From: Candidatus Cloacimonadota bacterium
GTDB lineage: Bacteria; Cloacimonadota; Cloacimonadia; JGIOTU-2
Assembly (NCBI GenBank): GCA_034722995.1
Contig: JAYEOL010000008.1
Coordinates: 9,975-73,974 of the forward strand
Length of the DNA stretch: 64,000 bases
Reading direction: 5' to 3'
The first letter of the stretch is position 1; every line of letters starts with the position of its first letter. The position numbers were made by a program, and so were the translations under genes. Below the pieces are notes generated by a model. The model searched no databases. It saw only the letters and a program-made list of their open reading frames with translations, and was not told the DNA's origin. Of the stretch, positions 1 through 10,420 are shown piece by piece.

Positions 1-113
1 AATACTGTGAAAAACATGGATTATTTACACTTTGTATAAGAATTTATAAAACAATTCTAACCAATACTTCAAATATAAGGCTGCAACTCACTATTTATGA
101 TAGAATAGGGGAC

Positions 114-992
114 TTGTATAGTAAAATTCATGAATACGACTCTGCTTATAACGCTTATACGCAAATTACTAAAATGTACAAAAACATCAAAGGCAATATT
201 TCACAAGATATATTGATGAATGCTTTTACTAATTTAGCAAAATTAGAGTTTTCCGAAAATAATGATACAGAAAAAGCACAAAAATATATTTTACAGGCAA
301 AAAAAATTGCAATTAAGCCAGAAGACAAATTAGATCTCTCTATCTTGCTTGCTGATTGCTACTTATGTAATAATTATTACAAAAAAGCTATTGAAATATA
401 CAATAACATCTTAAACAATCAAAATTATCATTCTTCAATTACATCATTAGCAAAGTATAAATTATTTCTTGTTTATATCTATACCAAAGAATACAGTAAG
501 TCAGATTCAGTATTACAAGATTATGTTTTACACAATGAAAAGGATACTTATTTAAATGATATGGTTTCTTTAAATAAACTAATCCAATTAGCAAAAGATA
601 AGTTTTCTTATAGCGATTCACTTAAATTAGAAGATGACATATCTTGTTTTATCAAATCGTTAGAGACATCAAATATTCGTAAAAGTAAATATTATTATGA
701 AAAACTGACAGCATCATATAACGATACAATACTTATTAATTACATAAAAACAAAGATGGCAGATTTCTATTTTTCAAAACTTCAATTTGAAAATTCTTTA
801 AACATTTTTCTTGAGTTATCTGACAACAATGGAATCTATAGTGATTATATTGAAAAACGGATAGGTGATTGTTATTTGAATTTGCAAGATTATGGATTAG
901 CAATTGAGAGTTACAAGAAATACTTAATTAATTTTCCCAATGGCTCATTTGCACCAGAGGTTCGGAAACTCTTAAAAGAGATAGAATCTTAA
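114..992 (+). CDS. TPR-like repeat protein. The reading frame is open back to the window edge; the first in-window start is TTG at 114, so the gene may be 5'-truncated by the window.
   Basis: 292-aa ORF with repeated Y/L/A-rich helical-repeat (TPR-like) segments. No in-frame stop upstream of 114. Confidence 0.45.
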   Translation: MYSKIHEYDSAYNAYTQITKMYKNIKGNISQDILMNAFTNLAKLEFSENNDTEKAQKYILQAKKIAIKPEDKLDLSILLADCYLCNNYYKKAIEIYNNILNNQNYHSSITSLAKYKLFLVYIYTKEYSKSDSVLQDYVLHNEKDTYLNDMVSLNKLIQLAKDKFSYSDSLKLEDDISCFIKSLETSNIRKSKYYYEKLTASYNDTILINYIKTKMADFYFSKLQFENSLNIFLELSDNNGIYSDYIEKRIGDCYLNLQDYGLAIESYKKYLINFPNGSFAPEVRKLLKEIES

Positions 993-1147
993 TGTCTGAT
1001 AAGGGATATTATGTAAACTTATGGATATTTTAGTAATTAGTAAATATAAAGAAAGATAGAACTCCTCCCCTATGATATAATTTTCTTGACAGCAAATTCT
1101 ATTAACCAATAATTTCAATAAAGAAAACTTTTTTAAAGGGATTTATT

Positions 1148-2035
1148 ATGAAAAGCATGACTGGTTTCGGTAGCGAGGAACTAAACAAAGATGGCTTAAA
1201 TTTAAAAATCACTGCAAGGTCTCTAAATGATAAATATCTAAATATAAGGTGTAAAACACCACCAGATTTTCCTGAATATGTATCATATAAGATTGAAAGG
1301 ATGATTCCAAAACTCCTTAGTAGAGGAACAATTTATATTACATTATTTAGGATTAATAAAAAGGAAAAACTTCCGGAAATGTTACTAAAGGAGGATTTAC
1401 TAAAACAGTATTTTGATTTTATTAATGAGGTCTCAAAAAAATATGCGATAAAAACAAATATTACAATCTCAGATATCTTTAATTTTGAGAAATTATACCA
1501 ATCCCCTATTGAAGAATATGATTCAGAAGAGTTTTTGGAATTAGTCCTTAAATTGGTCAAAAAAGCTGTTAATAAACTTATAGAAGTTAGACAAAAAGAG
1601 GGCGAGGACCTGGAAGAATTTTTCATAAAATCAATTAATCAAATTGAAGTATCCTTATCAGCAATTGAGTTATCATTTCCAGATTATTTGCAAGAACTAA
1701 AGTTGAAAACAAAAAGCAATATTGAAGAAATTCTCAAAAACTATCTAAAAAAGATTGATGAGGAAAAAATTATTTCTGAAATTAAATACCTTTGCGAAAA
1801 ATTAGATATAACTGAAGAAATTGTACGATTTAGAAGTCATCTAAATAAATTTCGTGAATTAATTTCTATAAAGGATAAGCCTATAGGATTTTCATTGATT
1901 TTTGTAATACAAGAGATGCAACGAGAGATTTCAACAATTTCGGCAAAGTATAACAACATTTCCGTCTTTCCAGAGATTTTAAAGATAAAAGAAGAAACTG
2001 AAAAATGTAAGGAACAAGCATTAAATGTTGAGTAG
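1148..2035 (+). CDS. yicC: YicC-family stress-induced protein
   Basis: N-terminus MKSMTGFG matches the YicC family start (MIRSMTAFA-like). The ~295-aa length and a C-terminal DUF1732-like region fit. Confidence 0.7.
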   Translation: MKSMTGFGSEELNKDGLNLKITARSLNDKYLNIRCKTPPDFPEYVSYKIERMIPKLLSRGTIYITLFRINKKEKLPEMLLKEDLLKQYFDFINEVSKKYAIKTNITISDIFNFEKLYQSPIEEYDSEEFLELVLKLVKKAVNKLIEVRQKEGEDLEEFFIKSINQIEVSLSAIELSFPDYLQELKLKTKSNIEEILKNYLKKIDEEKIISEIKYLCEKLDITEEIVRFRSHLNKFRELISIKDKPIGFSLIFVIQEMQREISTISAKYNNISVFPEILKIKEETEKCKEQALNVE

Positions 2036-2492
2036 TCCAAAGGTTCCACCTCCACATCCGCTGGGATTGGTGAAAAAGCCAATATTTTCATGGGTTTCAT
2101 TTCCTCTCATTGAATTTCCGATACATTCCATATTTGTTTCTGCATTCTTTATACTTGCAGCTATCTTTGTTTTTGCAATCACACATAATCTCTTCTGGGT
2201 GCTATTATCACTATTTTTTCTTTTCTCTTCCCTGTTTTCCTATTTTGTGCCTACATACTACGAATTTTATGAAGACTATGTATTCATAAAAGTTCTTGTT
2301 TTTAAACGTGAGCGTAAATACTCAGAATTCAAATGTTTTTATGCTGACAAAAAGGGTGTAATGCTTGGTACTTTTGGTAAACCACGAGGACTTGATAGAT
2401 TCAGAGGTCAGTCTATTAGATTTACAAAAAAGCAAAAAGAAAGAGAAGAGGTGCTGAACTTCCTTGATGAAAAGATAGGAAACCGTTACTAA
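2025..2492 (+). CDS. hypothetical membrane protein
   Basis: 155-aa ORF with two hydrophobic helices then a basic soluble tail. Its start overlaps the yicC stop and its stop overlaps the rnr start (ATGA), consistent with translational coupling. Confidence 0.35.
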   Translation: MLSSPKVPPPHPLGLVKKPIFSWVSFPLIEFPIHSIFVSAFFILAAIFVFAITHNLFWVLLSLFFLFSSLFSYFVPTYYEFYEDYVFIKVLVFKRERKYSEFKCFYADKKGVMLGTFGKPRGLDRFRGQSIRFTKKQKEREEVLNFLDEKIGNRY

Positions 2493-4684
2493 TGACTAAC
2501 AAAGACAAGTCTGAAGTGATTCTTAATTTCCTTCATAAGAATGCAAACAAAGAATTCACAATTAGAAAATTGGCGAGAATATTCAGAATTAAAAAACGAA
2601 ATTATTCAAACTTTAAAAAGAGTATACTTCAACTAACAAAGAATGCCAAAATTCGCAGAAAAGGCAAAAAGTATTACTCTACACCTGTTTACAATACAAT
2701 TGAAGGCACTTTTGATGCGTCAGCTCTTGCAAAAAACTATCCTTTTGCCTTTGTAAGAACTGATAAAGAAGACATTAAAATATACCTTGAGGATTGTCTA
2801 AATGCCTATCACAATGATATTGTTGAATTGGTTGTTACAAAGCGCAATCATCGTCGAGTAACTGGAAAAATCCTGAAGATTATAAAGAGAAAAAATGAAA
2901 CGATAGTTGGAAATTCATATAAATTAAATGATAAATCATTTGTAATTCCTGATAATCAAAAAATAGATAACCATATTAAATTAATTGATTTATCAACAAG
3001 TCAAAATGAATTTTTAGAAAAAAAGGTTATCGTTCATATAACAGATTGGGGAAATAGAAAAAGAAACATATATCCAAAAGGTAAAGTAACTGAGATATTA
3101 GGGAATGCAAACGACCCAAATATTGATTTTTTATCCGTATTAAACCAATACAATCTTCCAGGAGAGTTCAAGTCCCGATATATCGGGACGGATGAATCAC
3201 TGAAGTTGCAGGAATTTATTGACAAAGTGGAAATTAGAAGAAGAAAAAACTTTGTAGATATAACAACATTTACAATTGACCCTATAACAGCAAAAGATTT
3301 TGATGATGCAATTTCCTTAGAAGAAATAGAAACTGGATATAAACTTTATGTTCACATTTCTGATGTTTCTCATTATGTTAAAGTTGAATCCCCTATCTTT
3401 AAAGAAGCATTTAAAAGAGGCACAAGTGTTTACTTACTTCAAAAAGTGATACCAATGCTCCCATCAAATATGAGCAATAATATCTGCAGTTTGCAACCTA
3501 GCAAGGATAGACTCGCTATTTCTGTAACAATAGAATATGATAAAAACTTTAACCAAATTAAAGGGGAAATTTATCCTTCTATAATTCGTAGTGATGCCCG
3601 ACTTAATTATCAGCAAGTAGATAAACTTTTTGAAGGCAGTGATTTTTCGCCACAAAGACTCAAAGGCACTAAGAAAAATTATAACAAAAGCAAAAGTCAT
3701 TCTTCGTGCCTTAGTGCCTTAGTGGCTAACTCTGAAATTGCGCCAAAAATCAAAGAAGTCTTATTAAAAATGCGACCTCTGGCAAAGCATTTGACAGAAT
3801 TGAGATATGCAAGAGGAGGACTGGATTTTGACCTGCCGGATTCTGAATTTGAATTTGATGAAAATGGAAGTCCGATAAATATTTTACGAACCAGAGAGAC
3901 AGAGAGCCATCTGCTTATTGAAGAATTTATGCTTGCAGCAAATCAATATATCGCAGAATTAATTGCAAGAAAGTGTAATTCCGCAATATTTCGCATTCAT
4001 GAGAAACCTGACCCTGACAAAATGGGCGAGTTCGCTTTGATAGTAAAATCATACAACTATAGCTTAAATTTTACTCAAAAAAATCAAAATTTAGCACTGA
4101 AACAGTTTTTGAATTCTATCAAAAATGAAAATCATCATAGAGTTTTTGACAATTTGCTTTTACGAAGCCTTATGAAGGCAAAATATTCTTATAGAAATAT
4201 TGGACACTTTGGGCTGGCTCTAAAATCTTACACCCATTTCACCTCCCCTATTAGAAGATTTCCTGATCTTGTTGTTCATCATCTTCTTAAACAAAATGTT
4301 TTTGGCTGGTCATCCACCAGATTTTCTCTCTCAGATATAAAGTCATTTGCACAAAAATCGTCAGAAATGGAACTGGTAGCAACGAATGCGGAAAGAACTT
4401 TAGGAAAATTGAAGAAAAATCGGTTTATGAAAGATAATATTGGAAAAGATTTCAAAGCTTTAATTGTAAATTTCAATAATAAAAATATCTTTATTGAATT
4501 GGACAAATACCCAATTGAAGGCTTTATTCCCCTATCTTCTATCACTGATGATTATTATCAATTTAATAGCAATAAATATTGCATAATCGGAAAAAGAAAG
4601 AAACGCGGGTTCTTTTTATGCCAGCAAATCCAAGTAAAAGTCAAAAAGGTAGAACACGAAATTGAATTTAAACTCATTCAATAA
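2492..4684 (+). CDS. rnr: ribonuclease R (RNB family exoribonuclease)
   Basis: RNB-domain motifs ITIDPITAKDFDDAISLE and HFGLALKSYTHFTSPIRRFPDLVVHH. 730 aa, with a C-terminal S1-like basic region. Confidence 0.85.
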   Translation: MTNKDKSEVILNFLHKNANKEFTIRKLARIFRIKKRNYSNFKKSILQLTKNAKIRRKGKKYYSTPVYNTIEGTFDASALAKNYPFAFVRTDKEDIKIYLEDCLNAYHNDIVELVVTKRNHRRVTGKILKIIKRKNETIVGNSYKLNDKSFVIPDNQKIDNHIKLIDLSTSQNEFLEKKVIVHITDWGNRKRNIYPKGKVTEILGNANDPNIDFLSVLNQYNLPGEFKSRYIGTDESLKLQEFIDKVEIRRRKNFVDITTFTIDPITAKDFDDAISLEEIETGYKLYVHISDVSHYVKVESPIFKEAFKRGTSVYLLQKVIPMLPSNMSNNICSLQPSKDRLAISVTIEYDKNFNQIKGEIYPSIIRSDARLNYQQVDKLFEGSDFSPQRLKGTKKNYNKSKSHSSCLSALVANSEIAPKIKEVLLKMRPLAKHLTELRYARGGLDFDLPDSEFEFDENGSPINILRTRETESHLLIEEFMLAANQYIAELIARKCNSAIFRIHEKPDPDKMGEFALIVKSYNYSLNFTQKNQNLALKQFLNSIKNENHHRVFDNLLLRSLMKAKYSYRNIGHFGLALKSYTHFTSPIRRFPDLVVHHLLKQNVFGWSSTRFSLSDIKSFAQKSSEMELVATNAERTLGKLKKNRFMKDNIGKDFKALIVNFNNKNIFIELDKYPIEGFIPLSSITDDYYQFNSNKYCIIGKRKKRGFFLCQQIQVKVKKVEHEIEFKLIQ

Positions 4685-4705
4685 ACATTTAGAAAGAATC
4701 AAGTA

Positions 4706-4963
4706 ATGGAAAACGAAATCAAAGAACAAGAAATTGTCAGTTTGTGTAAGTTCCACACCAGTCTGCAGTTAGACGCTATTTCTGAAGTATTGGAAGAAAA
4801 TAATATTCCTTTTAGTTTTAAAAGAAAAGGGCTTTTTATAAATAGAAGTTTTGAATTCAGTGATTCAAAATCATATATAGAAGTTTATGTTTATAAAAAA
4901 GATAAAGAAAAAGCTTCTGAACTAATAGAGCCGATTCTAAAAACCCTTTCGTCTTCAGAGTAA
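4706..4963 (+). CDS. small hypothetical protein (possibly a DUF2007-like signal-transducing fold)
   Basis: 85-aa ORF immediately downstream of rnr. No recognisable motif. Confidence 0.35.
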   Translation: MENEIKEQEIVSLCKFHTSLQLDAISEVLEENNIPFSFKRKGLFINRSFEFSDSKSYIEVYVYKKDKEKASELIEPILKTLSSSE

Positions 4964-5000
4964 ATTAAATCAAATCTAAACATAAGAATTTAGTAATAAA

Positions 5001-5315
5001 CTAATCCACTATTGTAATTGTTTCCAATCCTTTTCTTTTACATTGTTTGTTTATAATTTTATAAGTATTTTGAAAAGCTTTTCTGTATTCTTCCAATTTC
5101 TCAAAAGTGTGATGGTCTCCTCTTTTTGTAAACTCCTGTTCTAATACTTTAATTTGTGACTTGTAAAATAATGCTCTCCAGATAAGTTTTTCAATATTTT
5201 TTGGGAAGGCTCCTATTTTATCAGGGTCAAATTCACTGATTTCAATTCTCATATAATCTTCAATATTTATCTTTTCAGTCTCGTATAGGACGAGCCTAGA
5301 CGGAAAATAGGTCAA
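5001..5315 (-). CDS. hypothetical protein
   Basis: 104-aa ORF overlapping the downstream AhpD-like gene by 20 nt. Confidence 0.3.
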   Translation of the reverse strand: MTYFPSRLVLYETEKINIEDYMRIEISEFDPDKIGAFPKNIEKLIWRALFYKSQIKVLEQEFTKRGDHHTFEKLEEYRKAFQNTYKIINKQCKRKGLETITIVD

Positions 5316-5643
5316 TAGCTTTTTTCAAATCTGCAATATATGTAAAAGCAGGACCGCCACCCATAAGAATTGCAACTGTTGAAGCTTCCAATATTTCCTC
5401 TGTTTTTGCACCTGCCTTATATGCCTTTTCAACATGTAAACCAATACAATATCTACATCTTGCAGTTATGGCAGTTCCTATTGCTATCAATTCTTTAGTT
5501 TTAACATCAAGTACACCAGGGGATAGAACAGAGTTAATGAATTCATTAAATTTCATCACCTCATTCTTATTATACTTTGATAATTCTTTAATGCCTTCAT
5601 TGAAGTCACGCAGAGCATCCTTCATTATTTGCCTCCTATTCAT
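5296..5643 (-). CDS. carboxymuconolactone decarboxylase (AhpD-like) family protein
   Basis: CRYCIGLHVEKAYKAGA CxxC-type motif typical of the CMD/AhpD core. 115 aa. Confidence 0.7.
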   Translation of the reverse strand: MNRRQIMKDALRDFNEGIKELSKYNKNEVMKFNEFINSVLSPGVLDVKTKELIAIGTAITARCRYCIGLHVEKAYKAGAKTEEILEASTVAILMGGGPAFTYIADLKKAIDLFSV

Positions 5644-5974
5644 TGTTTCCTGTATTTAACCAACAAATCATAATTTAAGATTTTATTTCATGAAATCAGA
5701 ATTTTTGTCAAATTTTAATTATTCTATCCAAGAAAATTATTGTCTCACTATCGGGTGATATCTAAGCACATCCCAATTTTGTTATTTATCCTTCTTTTCC
5801 AAATATCTATACTTCTTATAGAACTTCTAGGGTATGATTTGAGAAGTAGTTTCATTTTGTAACAATTTTTCATATATGTTCTACAATATCCATTGCGAGT
5901 TGATAAACTTCAAGTCCTTCAAATCTCATATAAACACGCTCCTCCTTAATGACCCAATGACCTAATGACGGTAT

Positions 5975-7135
5975 TTATTGACCAATATTTATAATCTCCT
6001 CACCATATTTTTGTTTCAACTTATCTACTGCCCAGGAAATATTAGCAAACTTTTTCTTATAAACTGAAAAAATTTCTAATTGTATCGGGTCATCGGCGAA
6101 TTCCATATTTGATAATCTGATACCCAAGAGTCTTATTTTGTGAAAACCAAGGTTAATTTTATCAAACAGGTTAATAACTATCTTGTAGATTTCAGAATCA
6201 TAATTTACTGCTTGTTCAACTGTATGGTTAAAAGTATTTACTGAAAAATTATCATATTTAACTTTTAGTGTAATTGTATGAGCAGATGCATGTTTCCTTC
6301 GCAGACGATAAGCAGTTTTGTGTGTAAGTTGTAAAAGAACTCTGCGCAATTTTTCCTTATTCCCAATATTTTTTGATAAAGTTACTTCATTTCCAATAGA
6401 TTTTGGTTTAGGTATTTTAGAAACAGGCACAACTGGTGAATTGTCAATTCCTTTTCCCATAGGAGACAATTGTTTACCAACCTTACCAAATCTTCTTATG
6501 AGAATTGATTCTGGAAATCTTCCTAAATCTCCAGCAGAGTTCACACCAAAATTTTTTAAGGTGATTGCAGTCTTTTTACCAATTCCAAACACTCTTTCAA
6601 TTGGTAAACTATTTAATAGACCCTCAACTTTATTCTTTTCAATTATTTTTATTCCTGAAGGTTTATTCATTTCACTGGCAATTTTTGCTAACAATTTATT
6701 TGGTGCAATACCAATGGAACAGGTTAAATGTAGCCTCTGGAGAATTTTATTCTGCAATGTCTCAGCAATTTGTTTTTTAGATTTAAAAAAAGGAATACTG
6801 CCACTAACATCAAGAAAAGCCTCGTCAACGCTTACAGGCTCAACAATAGGTGCAATTGTATGGCAAATATTTATAATTTTGACAGATTCAAACGCATATT
6901 TGTGATAATTTCCTTTTATGAATATTCCAGCAGGACAAAGTTGTTTTGCCTGGTAAATTGGCATTGCGGAATGAATTCCAAATTTTCTTGCTTCATAAGA
7001 AGCAGTGCTTACAACACCTTTATTCTCTATCCCACCACCAATGATTACGGGTTTTCCTTTCAATTCTGGATTATCTCTCTGCTCAATCGCTGCAAAGAAT
7101 GCATCCATATCAATGTGTAAAATTATTCGTTCCAT
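5975..7135 (-). CDS. dinB: DNA polymerase IV (Y-family translesion polymerase)
   Basis: N-terminus ILHIDMDAFFAAIEQRDNPELKGKPVIIGG and SVDEAFLDV are canonical DinB/UmuC motifs. Confidence 0.85.
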   Translation of the reverse strand: MERIILHIDMDAFFAAIEQRDNPELKGKPVIIGGGIENKGVVSTASYEARKFGIHSAMPIYQAKQLCPAGIFIKGNYHKYAFESVKIINICHTIAPIVEPVSVDEAFLDVSGSIPFFKSKKQIAETLQNKILQRLHLTCSIGIAPNKLLAKIASEMNKPSGIKIIEKNKVEGLLNSLPIERVFGIGKKTAITLKNFGVNSAGDLGRFPESILIRRFGKVGKQLSPMGKGIDNSPVVPVSKIPKPKSIGNEVTLSKNIGNKEKLRRVLLQLTHKTAYRLRRKHASAHTITLKVKYDNFSVNTFNHTVEQAVNYDSEIYKIVINLFDKINLGFHKIRLLGIRLSNMEFADDPIQLEIFSVYKKKFANISWAVDKLKQKYGEEIINIGQ

Positions 7136-7298
7136 TATGGAAATGAAATCAACGAGTAATAATTTGTTGTCAAAATATTTGTATTAAATACTAAAAGTCT
7201 TTTGTTAGTTAAAGATAATAGTAAACACCAACTTTGTTTTATGCTGTGACTTTATTTGCTTGGTTTATATGAGTCCTACTTACATTTATTCTTTGGTT

Positions 7299-9158
7299 TT
7301 ATTTCAAGAGCAAACATTTTCTAGTATCAATAAACTTATCACCAACTTCTAATCTATAAAAATAAATCCCTGAACTTAATTCATTTCCTTTCTCATCCTT
7401 TCCATCCCATACAATTGACGATTGACGATTGTCTATTGACAATTGTTTTATAAGTTGTCCTTTGGTATTATAGATCTTTATCTCAGTATCATCTATGTTT
7501 CTATGGCTAAGAGAAAAAGAAATTGTTGTTGAAGAATTGAAAGGGTTGGGATAGTTCTGGTTTAATTTGGTAGATATAACAGGAACATTATCAACACCTG
7601 ATCCTATTATAGTAAGAATAACAGGAACAGTAATTGTACCTACATCTGGCTCAGAAGTAAATATAATATCAGCAGTTAAGATTGTTCCCGGCGTCTGTCC
7701 ATAGCTATACATTCTGAGAGGCCAATCATAACTTTGTCCTGCTACTATTATACCTTCCATTGGTGGTGGCGGAGGTGGTGGCCAATAACCAAGCTTATAA
7801 CCAAACAGTATATCAGGAGTTCCTTGAGCTAATCCTCCAAGAACCCATGTGCCAAATTCTATATCGCCTGATGTAAACAACCCACCAGCTATTGTTCCAG
7901 GGAAATCTCCACTTACACTGTGGATTACTCCAGTAAGAGCTAAAGTATTAAGATCATATTGCTCTACCTGACATCCATCTCCAGTTGAAGTACCTGTGAA
8001 AATCCATAAGTATGGTCCACCGGGTGTTATATTATCATAAGCGGAACCATACATGCTTGGTGGTGCATAAATAGTATTAAGCACATTTCCTGACCTATCT
8101 ACAAGCTTGAGATCTTCTGACCAGTTATTTACCCAGAATGCATCATTATCCTCATCATAAGCAATAGACCTAACTTGAGAAGCAGGACACGGGATGGTAT
8201 TAACTAAAGTCTGAGTATCAAAATCCATTTGCCAGATATAGTTACTTGCATCACTTCCATAGAAATAGGTTCCATCGTATGCAAGGTCTCTTAAGTCTAT
8301 TACTCCGGGTATATAGAATATCTCAATAAAGTTACCATCAAGGTCAAACTTCGCAATCTCACCACTTCCACTCCATTTTGTAGTATATAGATAATTTCTA
8401 TCTGTTTCTGCTGATACCAAGCCAACTAAACCAGAAGGAGTATCTACATCATACGCAAATAATACATCCCAGATATCCTTGGCAGGTGGATTATATGGAA
8501 CTGTCTGGTTAGGATCAACTTCAGCATAACCTGAATAATCAATCTGTGTTTTACATAATTTTCTCTTATTTATAGTAGTATAAGAATTATCTATAAAATC
8601 TTGAATATTATTTTTATATAACTCTGGAAATACAATATGTGAATACCAATGTAGTGGTCCATTACCATCATTGCTAATTGTAAGATAGACTGTAAGCTGG
8701 GTATTTGGAACCATGCTCGTATCTACATAAGTAGGATATATTGACATTGTGGGAGCAGTCATTTCTTTGTTAATTTGTATTATTATATTTTCAAGTACTT
8801 CTATTCCATTAAGAGTTATTGTATTATAACCTGTTTTAGAAAATATTAAACTATAAATGCCTGCTGGTATACCATACAAGTAATAAAAACCTGTAGAATC
8901 AGTGGTTGTTACATATTGACATGCTTCAACTGTAACTTCCTCTAAAGGTCCTCCAGTTGCTGCAATTGTTACTGCGCCTTCAATACCTCCACTTTTAATT
9001 AATGTTTCTTCATTACTATTTATGGAATTAATTTTTTCAGAATCTAAATTTTTTGATGAACTAAACACAACTTGAGTTTTATTGTACCCATAGACAGCGT
9101 TAAATTCTAAGCATATTAATAGAAGTATAAAAAAGAATAGAACCTTCTTTTTCATCAT
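7299..9158 (-). CDS. secreted T9SS cargo protein with a CarbopepD_reg-like domain, a poly-proline linker and a Por/T9SS C-terminal sorting domain
   Basis: Signal peptide MMKKKVLFFFILLLICL. PPPPPPPP run. C-terminus NQNYPNPFNSSTTISFSL...IKIYNTKGQL...GIYFYRLEVGDKFIDTRKCLLLK matches the T9SS CTD (TIGR04183-like). Confidence 0.75.
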   Translation of the reverse strand: MMKKKVLFFFILLLICLEFNAVYGYNKTQVVFSSSKNLDSEKINSINSNEETLIKSGGIEGAVTIAATGGPLEEVTVEACQYVTTTDSTGFYYLYGIPAGIYSLIFSKTGYNTITLNGIEVLENIIIQINKEMTAPTMSIYPTYVDTSMVPNTQLTVYLTISNDGNGPLHWYSHIVFPELYKNNIQDFIDNSYTTINKRKLCKTQIDYSGYAEVDPNQTVPYNPPAKDIWDVLFAYDVDTPSGLVGLVSAETDRNYLYTTKWSGSGEIAKFDLDGNFIEIFYIPGVIDLRDLAYDGTYFYGSDASNYIWQMDFDTQTLVNTIPCPASQVRSIAYDEDNDAFWVNNWSEDLKLVDRSGNVLNTIYAPPSMYGSAYDNITPGGPYLWIFTGTSTGDGCQVEQYDLNTLALTGVIHSVSGDFPGTIAGGLFTSGDIEFGTWVLGGLAQGTPDILFGYKLGYWPPPPPPPMEGIIVAGQSYDWPLRMYSYGQTPGTILTADIIFTSEPDVGTITVPVILTIIGSGVDNVPVISTKLNQNYPNPFNSSTTISFSLSHRNIDDTEIKIYNTKGQLIKQLSIDNRQSSIVWDGKDEKGNELSSGIYFYRLEVGDKFIDTRKCLLLK

Positions 9159-9270
9159 AAGCCCCTTTTTTCTTTTAATTATTTCTTAAAATTAAATTTT
9201 ATAGTCAAGAAATATTATTTGAAATTATATTTGATATACTTGTTGTGGTTAACTCCTATTACTCAAATTA
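9159..9270 (-). promoter_or_regulatory. conserved promoter/5' leader, copy 1 of 3 (upstream of the 7299-9158 gene)
   Basis: About 115 bp nearly identical to 12296-12410 and 17967-18087, including the RBS-like AAAAGGGGCTTATG and the ATGATGAAAA start context. Confidence 0.45.
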
Positions 9271-10374
9271 TTATTTTAAAAATAGACATTTCTTTGTACC
9301 AATAACTTTATTACCTACTTCTAATCTATAAAAATAAATGCCTGAACTAACTGGCTTGCCATTCTCATTTTTCCCATCCCATTCAATTGACGATTGACTA
9401 TTTACTATTGATAATTTTTTCACCAGCTGACCTTTGATATTATAAATTTTTACCAATGAGTTCTCTATGTCTTTGGGTTGCAGGGAGAAAGAAATTATTG
9501 TGGAAGTGCAAAAGGGATTGGGATAGTTCTGGAGAATAACATCTTGATAAGAAATATTATTTACACCTTGTGATGGACAATCAATATTTATTATGGCTGC
9601 AAAAATAGTATTAAATCCACAAGGCATTCCATCTGGTAGAGAATACCATCCATCCCCGGCACCATTCCAGCCAAAATTGAGATGGTAAGTATTTTCATCA
9701 CTGTTATAGCCATCACAAATAACCAGATGCCCAGTTCCCGCTCCTTGCGAAATCGCTAACATAGCCGGTCGTGATTCCACCATATCAGTAGAAAGAGCAG
9801 TATAAAAACCTGAATTTATTGCCTGAGTATAATTAGCTGTAGCATACCCAAATTTATTTAAGAGAGCTGAACAGGCATTTATTAAAACATCTCCACCAAA
9901 AACATATTGATGTTCCACAGATACTCCACAAGCAAAATTTAAAGCTGCTATCAAGGTATCAGTAAGACAGTTATTATTAGAATAGTAATCTCTTATCTGG
10001 TCAAGATATACATTTAATTCTGGAAAGGAAGGAAAATCATAAAGCTCATAGTCATCATCAATGTAGATAGGATTTGAATAATAATCGTCAGTATCATCAA
10101 AACTCGCATCATTAATGTATTCATGGTAATTAATTATTTGTGCCATTACTAAAGGTAGAAGACCTACTATACATCTGCGATCTCCATAAGGATTAAGCGG
10201 ACAGAGTATGTTATAAGGATATTCCTGACCCCATTGAGTTTCTACCCAAGGTCCCCATATATCCCGATTTTTATTTGTAACTTGCCATGATTGTTCGGCA
10301 TGTATGGAATTTGCCAATAATGGTACAAATAGTAACAGTATGCTAATTAAAAACACGATAGATATTTTTTTCAT
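9271..10374 (-). CDS. C10-family (streptopain/PrtT-like) cysteine peptidase with T9SS CTD
   Basis: W-Q..YPYN..CP ... RRCIVGLLPLVMAQIINYH (catalytic Cys region) and GHLVICDGYNSDENTYHLNFGWNGAGDGWYSL (His/Trp region) match the C10 signature. C-terminal CTD NYPNPF...IYNIKGQL...GIYFYRLEVGNKVIGTKKCLFLK. Confidence 0.7.
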   Translation of the reverse strand: MKKISIVFLISILLLFVPLLANSIHAEQSWQVTNKNRDIWGPWVETQWGQEYPYNILCPLNPYGDRRCIVGLLPLVMAQIINYHEYINDASFDDTDDYYSNPIYIDDDYELYDFPSFPELNVYLDQIRDYYSNNNCLTDTLIAALNFACGVSVEHQYVFGGDVLINACSALLNKFGYATANYTQAINSGFYTALSTDMVESRPAMLAISQGAGTGHLVICDGYNSDENTYHLNFGWNGAGDGWYSLPDGMPCGFNTIFAAIINIDCPSQGVNNISYQDVILQNYPNPFCTSTIISFSLQPKDIENSLVKIYNIKGQLVKKLSIVNSQSSIEWDGKNENGKPVSSGIYFYRLEVGNKVIGTKKCLFLK

Positions 10375-10420
10375 TTTGCTTCCTTTCTAATTACTTTCCT
10401 TAAAGTTTATTAATATTTTT

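Noticed and set aside
2025-2100. Minus-strand 87-aa ORF 1837-2100 overlapping the yicC 3' end
   Set aside because: It is antisense to a well-supported gene with no independent evidence.
6318-7187. Plus-strand ORFs (195, 71, 116 and 60 aa) antisense to dinB
   Set aside because: They are nested in a well-supported dinB gene. They are low-complexity and rich in F/L/I, as AT-rich antisense frames typically are.
7136-7298. LexA/SOS box upstream of dinB (near-palindrome GTATTAAATAC at ~7180)
   Set aside because: It has one mismatch, and there is no known LexA consensus for this lineage to compare against. It cannot be supported from sequence alone.
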